64,000 bases of DNA from Ruditapes philippinarum (Eukaryota). Below are positions 38,761 through 52,719 of this stretch, one piece after another; the stretch's first letter is position 1, and each line of letters starts with the position of its first letter. Where the stretch lies: contig NW_026856538.1 of assembly GCF_026571515.1 (NCBI RefSeq), forward strand, positions 1-64,000, given 5' to 3'. Below the pieces are notes generated by a model. That model was not told the DNA's origin. It saw only the letters and a program-made list of their open reading frames with translations, and made no database searches. Made by a program: the position numbers and the translations under genes.

Positions 38761-40299
38761 ACCTACCGGCTCCTTTGTTAAAAGCGGTCTAGTAAATCAC
38801 TTACCGACCGGTTAACAGGTCTGCAAATAGATACCGACCGGTTATTGTTCTATTGTTCTCTATACAATAGAAAATATGTGAAGTCGAGAAACTCGTGCGT
38901 GCATTACAGTACACAATATTCACCATAAAATAACGCTGTTTTTTGGGGAGGGGGGGGTATAATGACCACTTTGAATAGGAAAAAGGGTCGATATATATTT
39001 TAAAGATTAAACGAAATGAATTAGCGCATACGGCTGTAAGTACCCTCATAACTTATATTCCAGATTATTTGTGAGAAAAACGAACTGGCTACTGTTCTGG
39101 CGTTGAAGTTTTGTGTTTCGCCATATTAATGAGTATAACAACGCATATAAAGCCTTTCTTTAAAGTTTGCTTTTCGGTATACCTAACACATTTCCCGAAC
39201 TATATAGCTTAATAAGATACTAGTTATTTCCACAACTATGTCTGAATTTGCACAATCCTGCATTATTTTAACAATTCTGCATTATAGGATATTTACGACG
39301 ATTATATTATTGGTGCATATCGAATCAAAGTCAACTTCTGCATCTTTCTTTCCCAAAATATTACTTTCAGTGAGAGTATAGTTCATCTTAAGTATAAGAC
39401 CGTTTTTCTCATTTTCCCAGTTATTTTTACATTACAATTTGGATTTTGTATACCAGTACCAAGAATACGACTTGCGCTTTCATTCTAGACCGCGTGCTTA
39501 CATATGCGGTCTTATAACGGATGATGCTAATTAAGAATACACGGAAAGAAAATTCTTCCAAACATGGATGAAATTCTAAGAACATTTAAAATCAGCCATC
39601 ATAAAAATCAACAACAACAAAACCCAACTTACATAACTGTGTAACTACATGTATTACTAATATTGAATCATATAACCCCGTCTTTTACTTTCCTTTTATA
39701 TTTTAAATATATAAGAAATAGCCTGATCATCTATTTACCATGAAATTTATTATATATAAAGATAAAGTGTTCCGTTTTTATGATTAGAAAACATTTTTAT
39801 CTTCCTCAGTATTTGCTTATATTATTAATATGTTATGTATTCATATATCAAAATAATGATCTTACCTTTCCCTATTCGACAAGTTCTGTTTTAATTTTCT
39901 GTGACTCAACTCAACAAGTACATTACCTAATGAAACCCCACGAAAATCACGAGAATATTCAAATAACACCTGATTTGTGAACGAATGAATTACAGGAGCG
40001 TAGCGGATGGTATCTTTGCTTGGCTTTGGAATGCTTTCTTAAACATGATAAAGCACATAAATAATATGTTACTTGTGAGTAATATATTAATAAATACTGA
40101 GTAAAAAAAACTGATGTATGGATAGAAAAACAAAAGAGCATGTAGGTAAGATAGTTACCGCACTCGGAATAGGTCTGCCTAGAATTTACAGACCCGGTTG
40201 CCTTTTAAAAACCTCGATCGCTACGCTCTCTCGGTCTTCAAATCGCCACCCGGGTCTGTAAATACTATGCAGAACTATTCCTCGTACGGTAACTATTAC
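38761..40299. mobile_element. Hairpin-ended non-autonomous element inserted at TT within the SINE
   Basis: Empty site catcgttcctgg in copy 1; about 145 bp terminal hairpin at 40151-40296. Confidence 0.8.
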
Positions 40300-43200
40300 T
40301 TCCTGGAGAGTTACACAAGTACTAGACTAATTTCTCTGTGCTAAACTACCAATGCATCTGCCGGGGATCGAACCCACGCCAGAGAGGTAACTGGATTAGA
40401 AGTCATCGACTCTAACCCCTCGACCACGGAGGCGATAGGTTCCAATATATACAATATCGTTCATAACTAGAAATTCTGTTTATACCATAACGTCCGGTTT
40501 GTATCAGTTATGTATGTGAAGACATACGTATTCTACATATATAAGTTCTAAGCTTTCCTGGTATAAGATCTAAATATTGTTCATAACAAAACCCACTCTT
40601 TAAATTATTATACAAATTCAAAACTGAGCTACCATTAATGTCAGAATGCCAGTTTTGTAAAAAGTTATCTATTACACATCGCTTAAATTCGTAAATAAAA
40701 CATTTATAACATACACAACCTTGATTTTTCCATACATCCATAAAGCCATAAGTGTATACGACATATCTTTGACATTAGATAACCAATTACGTTTACCACT
40801 TGTACAATCATTATAAGACATGTGATATATTTCTTTCAAAATAATATTATCAGCATTGTTGAAATATTTAAAGTATTATACAGAATAATAAACTAATGAA
40901 AATGCTTTTAAATATCATTTCACCTTAAATTTATAAAAACTGTCGTGAGTGTAACGTTAGCCTATTTTCTTTCTATTATCTACACTCACTAATAAAATTG
41001 TATTATATAACAAACACTGCATGTTTTACTTCTAAATTATTTACTAAATTCGTCCAACATTTAGAATGTAAAGCAATCCTTTAAAGTCGAACGTAAAACA
41101 TTAAGCAAACATTGATAATGAGTAAATCCAACGCAATCGTAAACTCTTTTGATATATTTTCCTCAGGTCAGTTCGAAAGTTTGGATTGAGTAGAGAGGAT
41201 AAAACAAGAAAAGTTGATACTTTTGCCTTCGCACTAGTGATAATGTTTTTATATAAAGAGTACCATAACCTTGTCAAGTTCATTAACAATGGGAATTTAA
41301 ACTACAAGGACATAAATTAACAATCGTTAAGACAGATGCACAGGGGACTAATAAAACTGGCGGGAACATTTTACAGTAGGACGGGGAAAGTAAGGGATCG
41401 GCACTTCCAAAACTTTTTTGTTACTGTCCAACTAAATCGAACAAAAATACATTTGTACTTTAGAACTATTGACTTGTGATTAAATGTGTCTCTCAGTAGT
41501 TAGCTAGAAGCATAAAAAATGGAAATTTGTTATTTATCCTGTCTAGCAGTTGATCTTCCTGATATCTTTGCTGATTTAGAATTTGTACTTAGATATGTAG
41601 ATATCTAATTGTTGAAGTTTAAGTTTTTTTTCCAGACTTGCCTAAAATCTCAACGTTTGAGTATACAGTACTATTTATATCAATGAAATCAATTAATTTC
41701 TAAGTAAATTGCCATACTTTGAATTGTAAAATCATGTTAGCTCTTGAATACTAGTAAATCAGAGAAGGAATAGAAAACTAATTTTCTGTTTTCTTTCTGT
41801 GAATACATGTATTGAAGTTGATAGATTAGCCACTTGATTTAAAAGGATGCACTCTTCGAAGAAGTATGTGCATATATCGCTCTATACATCGTATGCACAA
41901 CCACAAACAGTCTATTTAAAAACGCATCGTTCACAGTCCATTTAATTGTTGAGACCAGTTGATCTTACAGAACCAAATCATTATAGAATAATATGGCCGG
42001 TAATCCTCAGATTTGGGTTGAATATTGGTCATGACTAATAGATTACCCCTACACACATTGAGGTCTATTAGTGAAGGGTCACCGTACAGAAAGCTTGTCT
42101 GACCGATTATCAGCTAGAGAACGGACATACCCATAATCGTATAACTGTGTGTATCATCAGCAACAGTAGCTTTTTGTTGATTTTTTTTTTCATGCAGAAA
42201 GATTTTTATGCGGCCTAACCTTTGACGATAACAAGAACAATAATGGAAAATCCACTAAAGACTACTAATTTATACTTTCATCTACATTCCTAGCAATTGG
42301 TTGAAGTGGATCATTCGTTCTGATGTACGTTGGTCAAAGTTAATATGACTATAACTGCTTAGAGTCTGTCCTACCAACAACTAGTGACCGTTTTGGCAAA
42401 CAGGCCATTAAGGAAGTGTTTCCATAATGGGCACTATTTTGAAGTGAAATATTACAAACTTAGTTGTGTTGCATTCCTAAGGATACCAATATTATGCATA
42501 TACAAAATTTGAAGGAAAAATAAAACAGATTAGTTTGGACTTAACAAAAATGAGCTCTTTTTCAGGAATGGGGAAATTCTTCCTAATTTCTTCCTAATTA
42601 GATTATCATGCTCATAAATTTCAAGCATTTTTTCCTGTTAACTATGGCTAAGAAACAAATTATAACATACAGCAAACACATCATACAAGGCAAATCATTA
42701 TTTCCATTGAAAATATTTGAAATATTCTACTAAAAATGTTTGAAACATACAAACTATTGCATGGGACAATCCACAACGAAATCGAACGAATGTGTAAGCA
42801 AAGGCGGACTCCGGAATTTTGGCATGCTTCTCCTTAAAAGTTTATATATGTGCACAAGAGATCGCTGAACAGCCTTGAGCCTATGTCACTCCGGTGTCAT
42901 TTGATATTTTCTTGGCAAACAAGAGCCACCAAGCTAATGCACTTGCCAACCTGCAATAAGATATGACTATGATTATGTAACGCATGCCTCCGGAAAATGA
43001 TGCGTTTTTTAAAATGTCATACAGAGATTACAAACTGCCGCACCGATTAATGCGAATGTCATGCGAGCATCTCACGGCAATATGTCTTAGACAAAAAATA
43101 ACAAGAAAGAAAACTATTGCACTAGCTAATCTTTGTTGCCTTTATTGTCGCAAAGGGAAACGGACATCCAAGCTATTGAATGGTCATTCTGTAAAGGAAC

Positions 43201-44642
43201 TTGAAACAAAATAATTTATTTCGTACTCATTTTTTTCGTTTTTGTTGTTTTTTTTATTATTGAAATTTCGATTTTTTGACGAAGAAGGGCATAAATGTCG
43301 TGTTAAAAAGACAAATTATGACGTGACAAAAGTGACGTAAATTCTGAACAGACGACTGACGGTCTGAGGTAAGGCATCATACTTTGAATACTGTCAAACA
43401 ATTCTAGAAAATATTATCATAAAGGTAATTCATATAGATCTACGTGTATATGGTTTTCATACATGATATCTATTTCCCATAATATAATATTTTATCAATA
43501 TCACCGTGCATATCCAGCAACGCAGGAATGTGCAATTATCGTAAAAGTAGAGCCGAATCTGTGCAACACTATTGCCAAAACGAATACACAGTAAACGAAC
43601 CAATATATTTTATTCTAAAGAAACGAATTAGCACATACGGCTGCTACTACATTATACGTTAAGTAGCATTTCATTTTTTTCAGGAATTTGTTTTTCTTTC
43701 TTAGATCATTCGGGAGAAAGACAACCTGATTACCTTTTTGAAGGTGTCTTTCGTGTTTCGTCAAATAAATATGTACATTTAACATATTCAAAACTTTATT
43801 TTTTCATATTCTGTATATCCAAGACATTTGTCAAACTACAACTGTCGAGAAAGCTGGTCAAATAAGATTTAGCTGCTTTTAATGAGATAACCGCCGTTGC
43901 TTCACTGATTCATTCCCGATCTCGGTGTTACCTGGTAAAAATGGTCTCAATTACGGTTTATCAGCTAGATTAAGTGTAATATGACACGAGTAGAATGGAA
44001 AATATCTCAGGTACACGGAATATAAAAAAAAATCATAAATAAATATGTACGTTATTGTATTTAAAGATATCAACGAAACTAAAAATCGCCATCAATACGC
44101 TAGTCAGGTCGTCAATTTCACGAATGATCTTGAAAAATAAACATTATCATGGAAATATTTTTGATGAGGTTTAAAGTATAATGTCTCAGCAACCGTATGC
44201 GCTAACTCATTTCTTCCAATTTGGTGCACAATAAAAAGTGTTGGTCAATATACTTATCGCGGTGCTAGTTTTAGCCACTAAATTGCACAATGCACAATTC
44301 CTGCGTTATTTGCACATTCCTGCACGGTGAATATAGTTAGTCTACATAAACAGTATTGTGTGTTGAACATTTATTACGAATCATTTTTAAATGAAATTTA
44401 AAGTTTTGTATTATGAAACATATCAGATAAACAAAACTTACACACTGTCTTTAAGTACATTTGTATATATTAGTGTTCATCCGTGCTGTTCTATTAGAAA
44501 CTTCGACCGGAGCGATAGCGACCGGAGAATGTTTCTAATTTCTGGATGAATACTAACATATTTACACAGGTACTTGAAACACACTATTTTTAATGTTCTA
44601 TGTAGTCTTATTATAGTATTTGAAATATACAATTTAAAAAAA

Positions 44643-47600
44643 TAAATTTGAAAAAAATCTATGTTCCCAGAAAATCAAGGGTTCCCACGTTGTCCAAATT
44701 CAAGATGGCCGCCAAGATGGCCGCCAAAAATTAAAGAAAATACCATTTTTGCTTAAAATACAAATACAACACTCTTTTTTCACCGTTTGAATTCATTTTT
44801 TTATCAAAATGATCGGAACCGCGTAGAATTTCGGATATATAAGCAAAGTTTCACTATAAAAAGCGTAACTTTTTGAAAAATGCCTTAAAATATGCCAAAA
44901 AGGGGGTAAAAACGTGTCTTTTTTGGCATCTGGCTGCTTCCAATTCGGCTCAGAAACTTATTTTACCTCTTATACTATATTTTTTCACATTTATTTACAG
45001 ATATATGTTGACCAAGTACAAAGAAAAACATAAAGTTCAGATATGAAAGGAAATATGAATTTAAGGGACTCTCAATATAAGTCGGGTAATTACCTGAAAA
45101 TACCCGAAAATTACCTGAATAATACATGATGTATATATAATAATTTATTTCTATATATATAAGAGTTTTATTATAAATACAAAACATGTATGTTGTCATT
45201 GTATTTCTCTTTTAGTATTGTCTCGATATAAAAGTAAGTCAAAGCCATTTTTATAGATGGAAGGTAGATTCACAAATTACGCAGTTACTCCCCTTTGATA
45301 TAATTAAGCCATGAAATCATCTGAAAGTTTCCAATGTCATTGAAGAACACACGAAGTTTACCGACGAATTTGCACAGATTTTTAGAGTAGATTGTACCAG
45401 AAGGTATGAAACATTAAAAGCCCAGTATTTAATCTTTAATTCTCAAAGAATTTCTTATAATTTATTAATATAAAATGTCAGATTTTAATGTAGAAAGAAA
45501 TGCACCAGAACTTCACATAAACAAAAGCTTTTGAGCGGTTGAAATGCTGCAAATTTGTAAAAATATTTGAGTATTAATGTTTATAGCTATGATGTATTAT
45601 AAATAATCATTTTTGTAAAAATATGGACATTCTCTAAGAGGATCCCTGTTTAATTTTCTTAAAAAACTTGAGTAGTAGTCGGATGCATACAATATCCGGA
45701 TAATTTGTTTTTTGCCCTCTTTAACAATCTGAAGGGGTTTGAAGACATATCATGTCAAGGTTTACATGTTTTTTTTTGTTTTCAGGCAATGATTGAGGAT
45801 AGCTATTCATACTGATAATTAATCTGACAAGTGGCTGTAGAGTCCCAATGCACCACCATGTTGACATGGTACGTGCCATAAATGCATTATAATTTATTCT
45901 CATCTGTTTAGAAGGTATGTTGTGTACCTTGTTATTTTTATTAAATTAGATTACCCCTAAACATTGATAATTATTATTAACAAGTATAAAATAATTGCAT
46001 TTACAACATAGAAGTTATTTGAATATAACATATATAATCATTTATATTTATCAATGCATGTACATGTAGGTAATGATAAAACTATTTATGTGGGACATTT
46101 CATATTCTTTATATATTTTAATGTAACAGTATTTTAAATTGAATTTATACAAATATTTACTGTATAAAATATATTTGACATACTTGAAAACCATTCTGTC
46201 AGAATTACTTTATTTCAGACACTTCATTTGGCTTAGTCAGAATGGGACCTTAAATGAAGATGCATTATTGTACCGTATATGAAACAACACAAGAATGATC
46301 CAGAAGGTCAGTGTGTTTTTCAAATGTGTAATGTCAATAACTTTTTCTGTAACTGTACAAATATAAATATTGTAGGTTTCTTTTCCTGAGGTGTTAGTAT
46401 TAGACTTATATAAAAGAATAAAAGATAATTTACATATTATTGCTATTTTATACCAAAATAAAACCCTAAATTCCTATTTTTTTTTTGCTTTTAGAAGTAA
46501 AACTACTCTGCACATACTCCACTACTGAGCCCTGCCTTACAGGCCTTGTTCCCAAGCTAATGCCAGCTGAGCTGTGGATACACCAGTAAGTTTGAACATA
46601 AAATGTGTAATTCAACCATTGGAAGTGTGGGTTGGTTGATGTTGTCTCGCTCTCAGACAGTTTTAATAATTTATTAGAAATGTGAAAAATGTGCATTGAA
46701 ATAAAATTCTTTATGCATTAAATCTGTAGAAATAATTGTTTTACCACGAAAAAGGTGCAATTTAAGTCCACAATGCTAATTACTATACTTAACAGTGTCA
46801 CAAAAACTAATTTAACTTTGTATTAAATGTATTCAATGATTAAAATACGTTTATTTTGGATTTTAATTTTGAATTTCCTAAGTAAAAAATAATTTTTGTT
46901 TTTTAGATATGTGGAATGCCTCCATCATCAATGACGTGTAGTGTTAAATATTAAACAAATGAGAAAATGTCCAATAGTAAAAAACGGAAGTACGACGAGC
47001 AGCTGAATATACCCACAGACTTTAGGTGCATTATTCACAACAGTGGACTTAGCAATCATGGTGACTGTGTAACACTAAATTCTACAAAATTAAAAGTCTC
47101 TGCTGAACAAAAACTAGATCAGCTGCACTCAATTCGCAACAAGCGATTAGCTGAACCATGTGACTCACCACATCGCATGCATGACATATGCAAGAGCATT
47201 CCTGCCTCATTATGTGGAATAGACCTGAACATCACTGGTTACCACCGTGGGTGCTACCAGGCCTTTACCAAAAACCTAGATAGGTTAAGTAAAGCAGAAT
47301 GTACAAAACATTCTCAAAAACACCATTCACCAAGAATTTTTGCTAACTGTAGTAATCAGTTTCCACCAGAATGCATCTTCTGTAAAAAGTTGGAAGTGAA
47401 ACCAAAGAAACATGAAATACAGAGCGGTGTGTTCAATTCACAAACACAACATGGCAACAAATTGAGTCGCAGGCTTTTGAGGTGGGCGATTTTGCCTTAT
47501 ATCGAATAGTACAAGGTGAAGACCTGGTGGCCAGAGAGGCAATGTTTCATACTTCATGTCGGAAGGATTTTGAATTGAAAGTGTTTAACCTTTCTAAGCG

Positions 47601-50600
47601 CCAAAGGCTACAAACAAAGAGCACTTATACAGGTACTTTTCCTTATAAGTGGCTGTATTTTTTATGTTTTTCAAAATATTACTTACAATGATTAACCTAA
47701 TAATACATATATTTAATAACAATATATTTTATTAAAACAGTTTGGCTTCTGGAGCTCCAGTTCCCCCTGATGCTGAGCAAGATGTTGTTCGGGCAGAGGT
47801 GATGGGAAAGGAAGCCAAGCAAAGATTCATAGCCGAAAGACTTACACACGGAGCATCGCCTATCAAGTTCTTTGACCCGATACCGAAGTCAAAATTAAAG
47901 TCAATGGAAGCTTCGAACAAGACAGTGAAACTTACTGCTCCCCAGGGAAAAGTAATAACTACGTCTTTCAAAATTTCTTTTGTGTCTCGTATTAAATTAT
48001 TAAATTTTAAAATGTAAGTGTCGAATTACGCTGAACCATGAGCTAGGCGGAGAAGGATTGACAGCTGTCAGCCTCTTAAACCAGAACAATCAAAGCGTTC
48101 TGGTGACATTTTCATATATCTGTTGGGTGTCATTGTTTAGATTGTTTTGCTACATTATTTGTTGCTACATAAAGTTGACTTGTTTTACTTGTTTTATTTT
48201 AGATTTAATTATTTGTAATATATCCATTACAGGTGATTCAGTATCAAGAACAGAGCAACATAGCATTTATGCTTTTGGTAAAAGCTCAATCGTTGAACGA
48301 ACAGTTGGACCTTGAAGAACTGATGCGGTTTCCTTTGACTCCCGTACCTCATAGCCTTGGTACACCTGATGGGTTCTTTTGCAAGAGCAACAAGGCGGCT
48401 TTAATGAATGCCATATTGCAGGATGTGCCACAAGCGACAACTCCTTCAGAATCCACCATTTACATCCAAGATGGTAATGCTCTCTTTCATGAGCTTACAA
48501 ACCTTGCACCAACGTTTGGCGGAATATGTCTGCAGATTCTGGACATCATGGTTGCAAGGAAGAACTTTATTTTTTCGACGGACAGCTACTTCCCGAACTC
48601 TATAAAGGCACAGGAGAGAGTGCGCAGAGGCTGCAGTCGAAAATTCATCGTTGATGGACCTGCAACCCGTAGACCAGCGGACTTTAAAGAATTCCTATCC
48701 AACGATGACAATAAGACACAATTATGCAATCTTATTCTGCGTGTTTGGGGCAGTGAGTCAGCAGCATCCAGACTAGATCGATGTGGAACAGCAGTGGTGG
48801 TCGTTGGTGGAAGGGCTTACCAGTTAAAAAAGACAAATGGTGATGTAAGTTACAATAATGTTAAGCTTTATACCACAGTCTACATAAATTGTAATGTTAC
48901 CTACTAATATTTTAGTTATTGTATACAAAAAATATTTTATCCAGGCAAAAATCTAGTGGTCGTTTTGTTTTCGTTTGCTTCAGGTGAGAACGGAGGAGAT
49001 CTTCAGTTTAGTGTCCAACCAAGAAGAGACAGATACCAGAGTAGTTTTGTACATGCACTACGCATCAACGATTGGCTACCAGTCAGCTATTGTGCGTACA
49101 CCCGACTCTGACTTATTCTTCATTACCTTGTTCCATGCACAGTCTGTACCACTGACAGTTTATCTCGACGTTGGTACAGGAAAACAGAGACAGGTAAAAA
49201 TATATACCATGCATTAAACGTATCTTTAATTTCTAGTTACTGAATTTCATTAATGTACCAAGTAATTATTCCAACAGTATATACTTTTTTTAATCTAACA
49301 GAATGTATATATAATATACCAAGAATTAAAACTTAAAATAAATTAAATTTCAATACATATTTAACTTTTGAATGCATAAACTACTTTGTCATCTTAGGTG
49401 GTGAATATTAGTGAGCTGGCAGACTCACAAGGTGCTGAATACAGTGAGACTCTACTAGGACTGCATGTGTTCACCGGTGAAGATGTCACAAGTGCATTTA
49501 AGGGCAAGGGAAAGGTCACACCGCTCAGAAAGCTGCAGAGTAATCCTAAATACCACAAAACATTCAGGTAAAATGTTTGTAACTGATTAAAAAAATGAAT
49601 TGTCTGAAACAGTAACACATTTCTAACAAATTATGACAGTAAATAAAAGTATAATAGTCATTATTTTTAACTGATATGTCTGTAGGATGCTGGGTGATAC
49701 TTGGACAGTTGAAGAAGATGTTATGCAGATGTTAGAAGCGTTTGTCTGTGTGATGTATGGGTGTCCAAGGGAGAGGTCTGTGAACACATGTAGGGCAGTT
49801 CTTTTGAAGAAAAATGGTAGGAGACGACGAACAGCTGACCATGAAGTCAAAGGTGGAATTATCCAAACTGCCACCTTGCCAGGATAATTTATGCCAACAC
49901 ATCAGAAGAGTCAACCATCGTCTCGGCATCTTGAAAAATGCTCATACACCAGTGATAGAACATCCGGAACCACATGATGAAGGGCAAGGGTGGACCAAAA
50001 AGAACGAAGTGTTAGAACCATTGTGGGCTGAGGGTCCCATTCTTCCACCAACGTTAGTTGACCTAGTCGAAAATGTTCAAGCAGAGATGGAAGAAGAAGA
50101 TGATGATGGTTGTCTAGAAATTTCAGTGTCAGATGATGATGAGTGACATTCAGTAACCGTAAACTTTTGTGGGAGATTAGTTATGTAGTGAGATGATTGG
50201 TGATAGTTATACTTCCAATTGAGTTGATTGTGTTTTTATAAATCTGTGGATTTGTATTTATTGTCTGTCTTTTCAGACGAATGAATATAGCTGTCATAAT
50301 CAGAATGTATGGCACGTTAATGAATTCTTTGTTTCTACTCAGTGTATTTGTAAGATATTGTGTTATGCTGAGTCAACATCTTACTGATATTAATTACTAT
50401 AGTTATAATCCGAACGTTTCAGAAATAGATTTTGATCCCCATGAATGTAATTATATAATGCAACTGAGGGTATTTTCTATTATTTTTTTTACAATGTGTC
50501 AACATTACATTTAATTATTAAAAAGTTCACGTAAATTGATAAGTTCCTAAATCCTCACAAAACGAAATGAGGAAAATGTAGTTTGTATAATATCCCTCGC

Positions 50601-52021
50601 ACTATTAATACTAAAGTATACAAACATGTTAACTAATGGTCAAAAGCATCATTGTGAATTGTTCGAGAATAACTGTGTATCTATGTATTTATTTCATTGG
50701 TGATTATTGCCCCACCCACTTTTAGAGATGGGCATTGTGAACAGTTAAATGTGACATATTCTGTTGTTTAAGAATGTCTTAAGAATGTCTTTTCTTCATT
50801 TTATTGTTGTATGTTCACATTGGACGATATATGGAAGGAAGAACATTTTGAGAGTTATGGTAAATTAAGAAATAAGATGTTCCCGCGATTAAGAGACATT
50901 TACCATAAAAATGTGTTTTTGCCAATTTTGCTGCAAAACGTTAACCTTAAGTTTTAAAAAAAAATTGTTACTTCTAATAAATTACTGAGAAAATATGGAA
51001 ATGTCACAAGAAAGATAAATAATGTTTTGGAATTGACAGAGAAGACTTCCATAACTTGTATATATAATTATGCAGGTTTTGACTTTTTTTCAATGTAATT
51101 GTATGTAATTACCCCACCCACTTTTTATGCTGCACTTTGTTAAATCTGACATCTGTACTTTTAAAAATATTTATATCTTTGTATGCTATTGTATTTTGAT
51201 GATTAAAGATAAACTCAACAATTTAATGAGCATTTATGCAATTTTAAGGTAAGATTGAGATGGGCTTTTCATTAAAAAATGAAATTTTCGGCCATTTTTA
51301 AGGCAAAAAGTTCACCTTAATGTGTGAAAAAATAAGTTTGCACCCTTTAATTACTAAAAAATAGATTAGGAAATCTCAAGAATGATTAAAACCATGCATA
51401 GAAATTGCTGTAGAAGACCTATATACTTTTTGATGTATTTTAAGTACATGGCGTATTTTTCACAAAATGGATGGCACTTACCCCACCCACTTAAATAGTC
51501 CCTTAAACTAAAATTTAACTTTTTATCTAGACTTAAATATTTTTTTTCAAATTCTTTATCATGTATCTGTAAAAAAATGTGAAAAAAAATTGTATAAGAG
51601 GTTAAATAATTTTCTGAGCCGAATTGGAACCAGCCAAATGCAAAAAAAAACACGTTTTTTTACCCTTTTTAAGCATATTTTAAGGCAATTTTCAAAAAGT
51701 TATGCTTTTTAAAGTAAAAAAAATGCTTATATATCAGGAATTCTATGTAATTCCGATCATCTTGATGAATAAATGAATTTAAAATGTGAAAATGAAGTGT
51801 TGTATTTGTATTTTAAGTAAAAATGGTATTTTCTTAAATTTTTGGCGGCCATCTTGGCGGCCATCTTGAATTTGGACAACGTGGGAACCCTTGATTTTCT
51901 GGGAACATAGATTTTTTTCAAATTTAGACATTCAAAAACAAAATGAGCCTGGTTTAAAAAAACCTTCCTGACATGCATCGTAGGCCTTCGTTCCTACTAA
52001 GCTATAGTTGCACCCGCTCTA
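44643..52021 (+). mobile_element. Academ (AcademX-like) DNA transposon, internally deleted
   Basis: TIRs over 400 bp (about 44643-45095 and 51480-51926). The right end reads TAGAGCGGGTGC on minus, the TAG terminus typical of Academ; the left TIR lacks its outer ~95 bp. Confidence 0.8.
46967..50146 (+). pseudogene. Spliced Academ transposase remnant with XPG/FEN1-like nuclease domain; exons 46967-47632, 47741-47951, 48233-48844, 48984-49193, 49398-49567, 49686-50146
   Basis: YHRGCY, CIFC, DLVAREAMFHTSC, QDGNA, EETDTR, DSD, TGEDVTSAFKGKGK, LPPC...HIRR; frameshifts near 47410 and 49812; exon 1/2 phases incompatible. Confidence 0.78.
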
Positions 52022-52029
52022 AATAAATA

Positions 52030-52182
52030 NNNNNNNNNNNNNNNNNNNNNNNNNNNNNNNNNNNNNNNNNNNNNNNNNNNNNNNNNNNNNNNNNNNNNNN
52101 NNNNNNNNNNNNNNNNNNNNNNNNNNNNNNNNNNNNNNNNNNNNNNNNNNNNNNNNNNNNNNNNNNNNNNNNNNNNNNNNNN
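52030..52182. other. Assembly gap (N run)
   Basis: Ns. Confidence 1.
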
Positions 52183-52719
52183 CTCCTGTGTCCAGTTTAT
52201 TTTGAAATATGTCCAATCATAAAGAATCAGCTAAACTGTTTCGGATCTTCGTACAGGTACCATGCAGTAAGTGTCTTATATGATAGTCATTTCTCTACAT
52301 TATAGCCATCGCCATCAATGCGGGTGAAATTAATTTGTATATAAAATATGAACGTACACATGTCACATTTTAATACATGTAATTTATGGCTAAGTGACTT
52401 TGTTTGAAATATTGTGGGACTATCCACGATAACTATACCAACCATCAGAAGAGCACATTTGTGTTATTTTCCTTTTTAATTTCGTTTATTAATCTTCAAT
52501 AAAATACGTTAAATAAATTTAAACGAAATAAAAAGAATTACTATTTCTTTTGATATTTCATTCACCTTTAGTATGCCCTGACAAAATTGAACAATTCATT
52601 TTTATTAAACGTGGTAGATTGATGAAGAAGAAGATTAAATCTTTCAACAATTAGCAAAATACACAATTAGCAATACCTTTATAGTCATAGTCGCATTGTC
52701 ACCTTCATCATCACCTTTG

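Larger units (their letters stand above)
37354..40870 (-). mobile_element. Second copy of the LINE fragment plus SINE, carrying later insertions
   Basis: ORF 40508..40741 is paralogous to 34389..34634. Confidence 0.7.
33170..43137. repeat. Local tandem duplication of about 3.6 kb (33170-36796 and 36887-43137)
   Basis: Colinear near-identical sequence; copy 2 has three extra segments. Confidence 0.9.
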
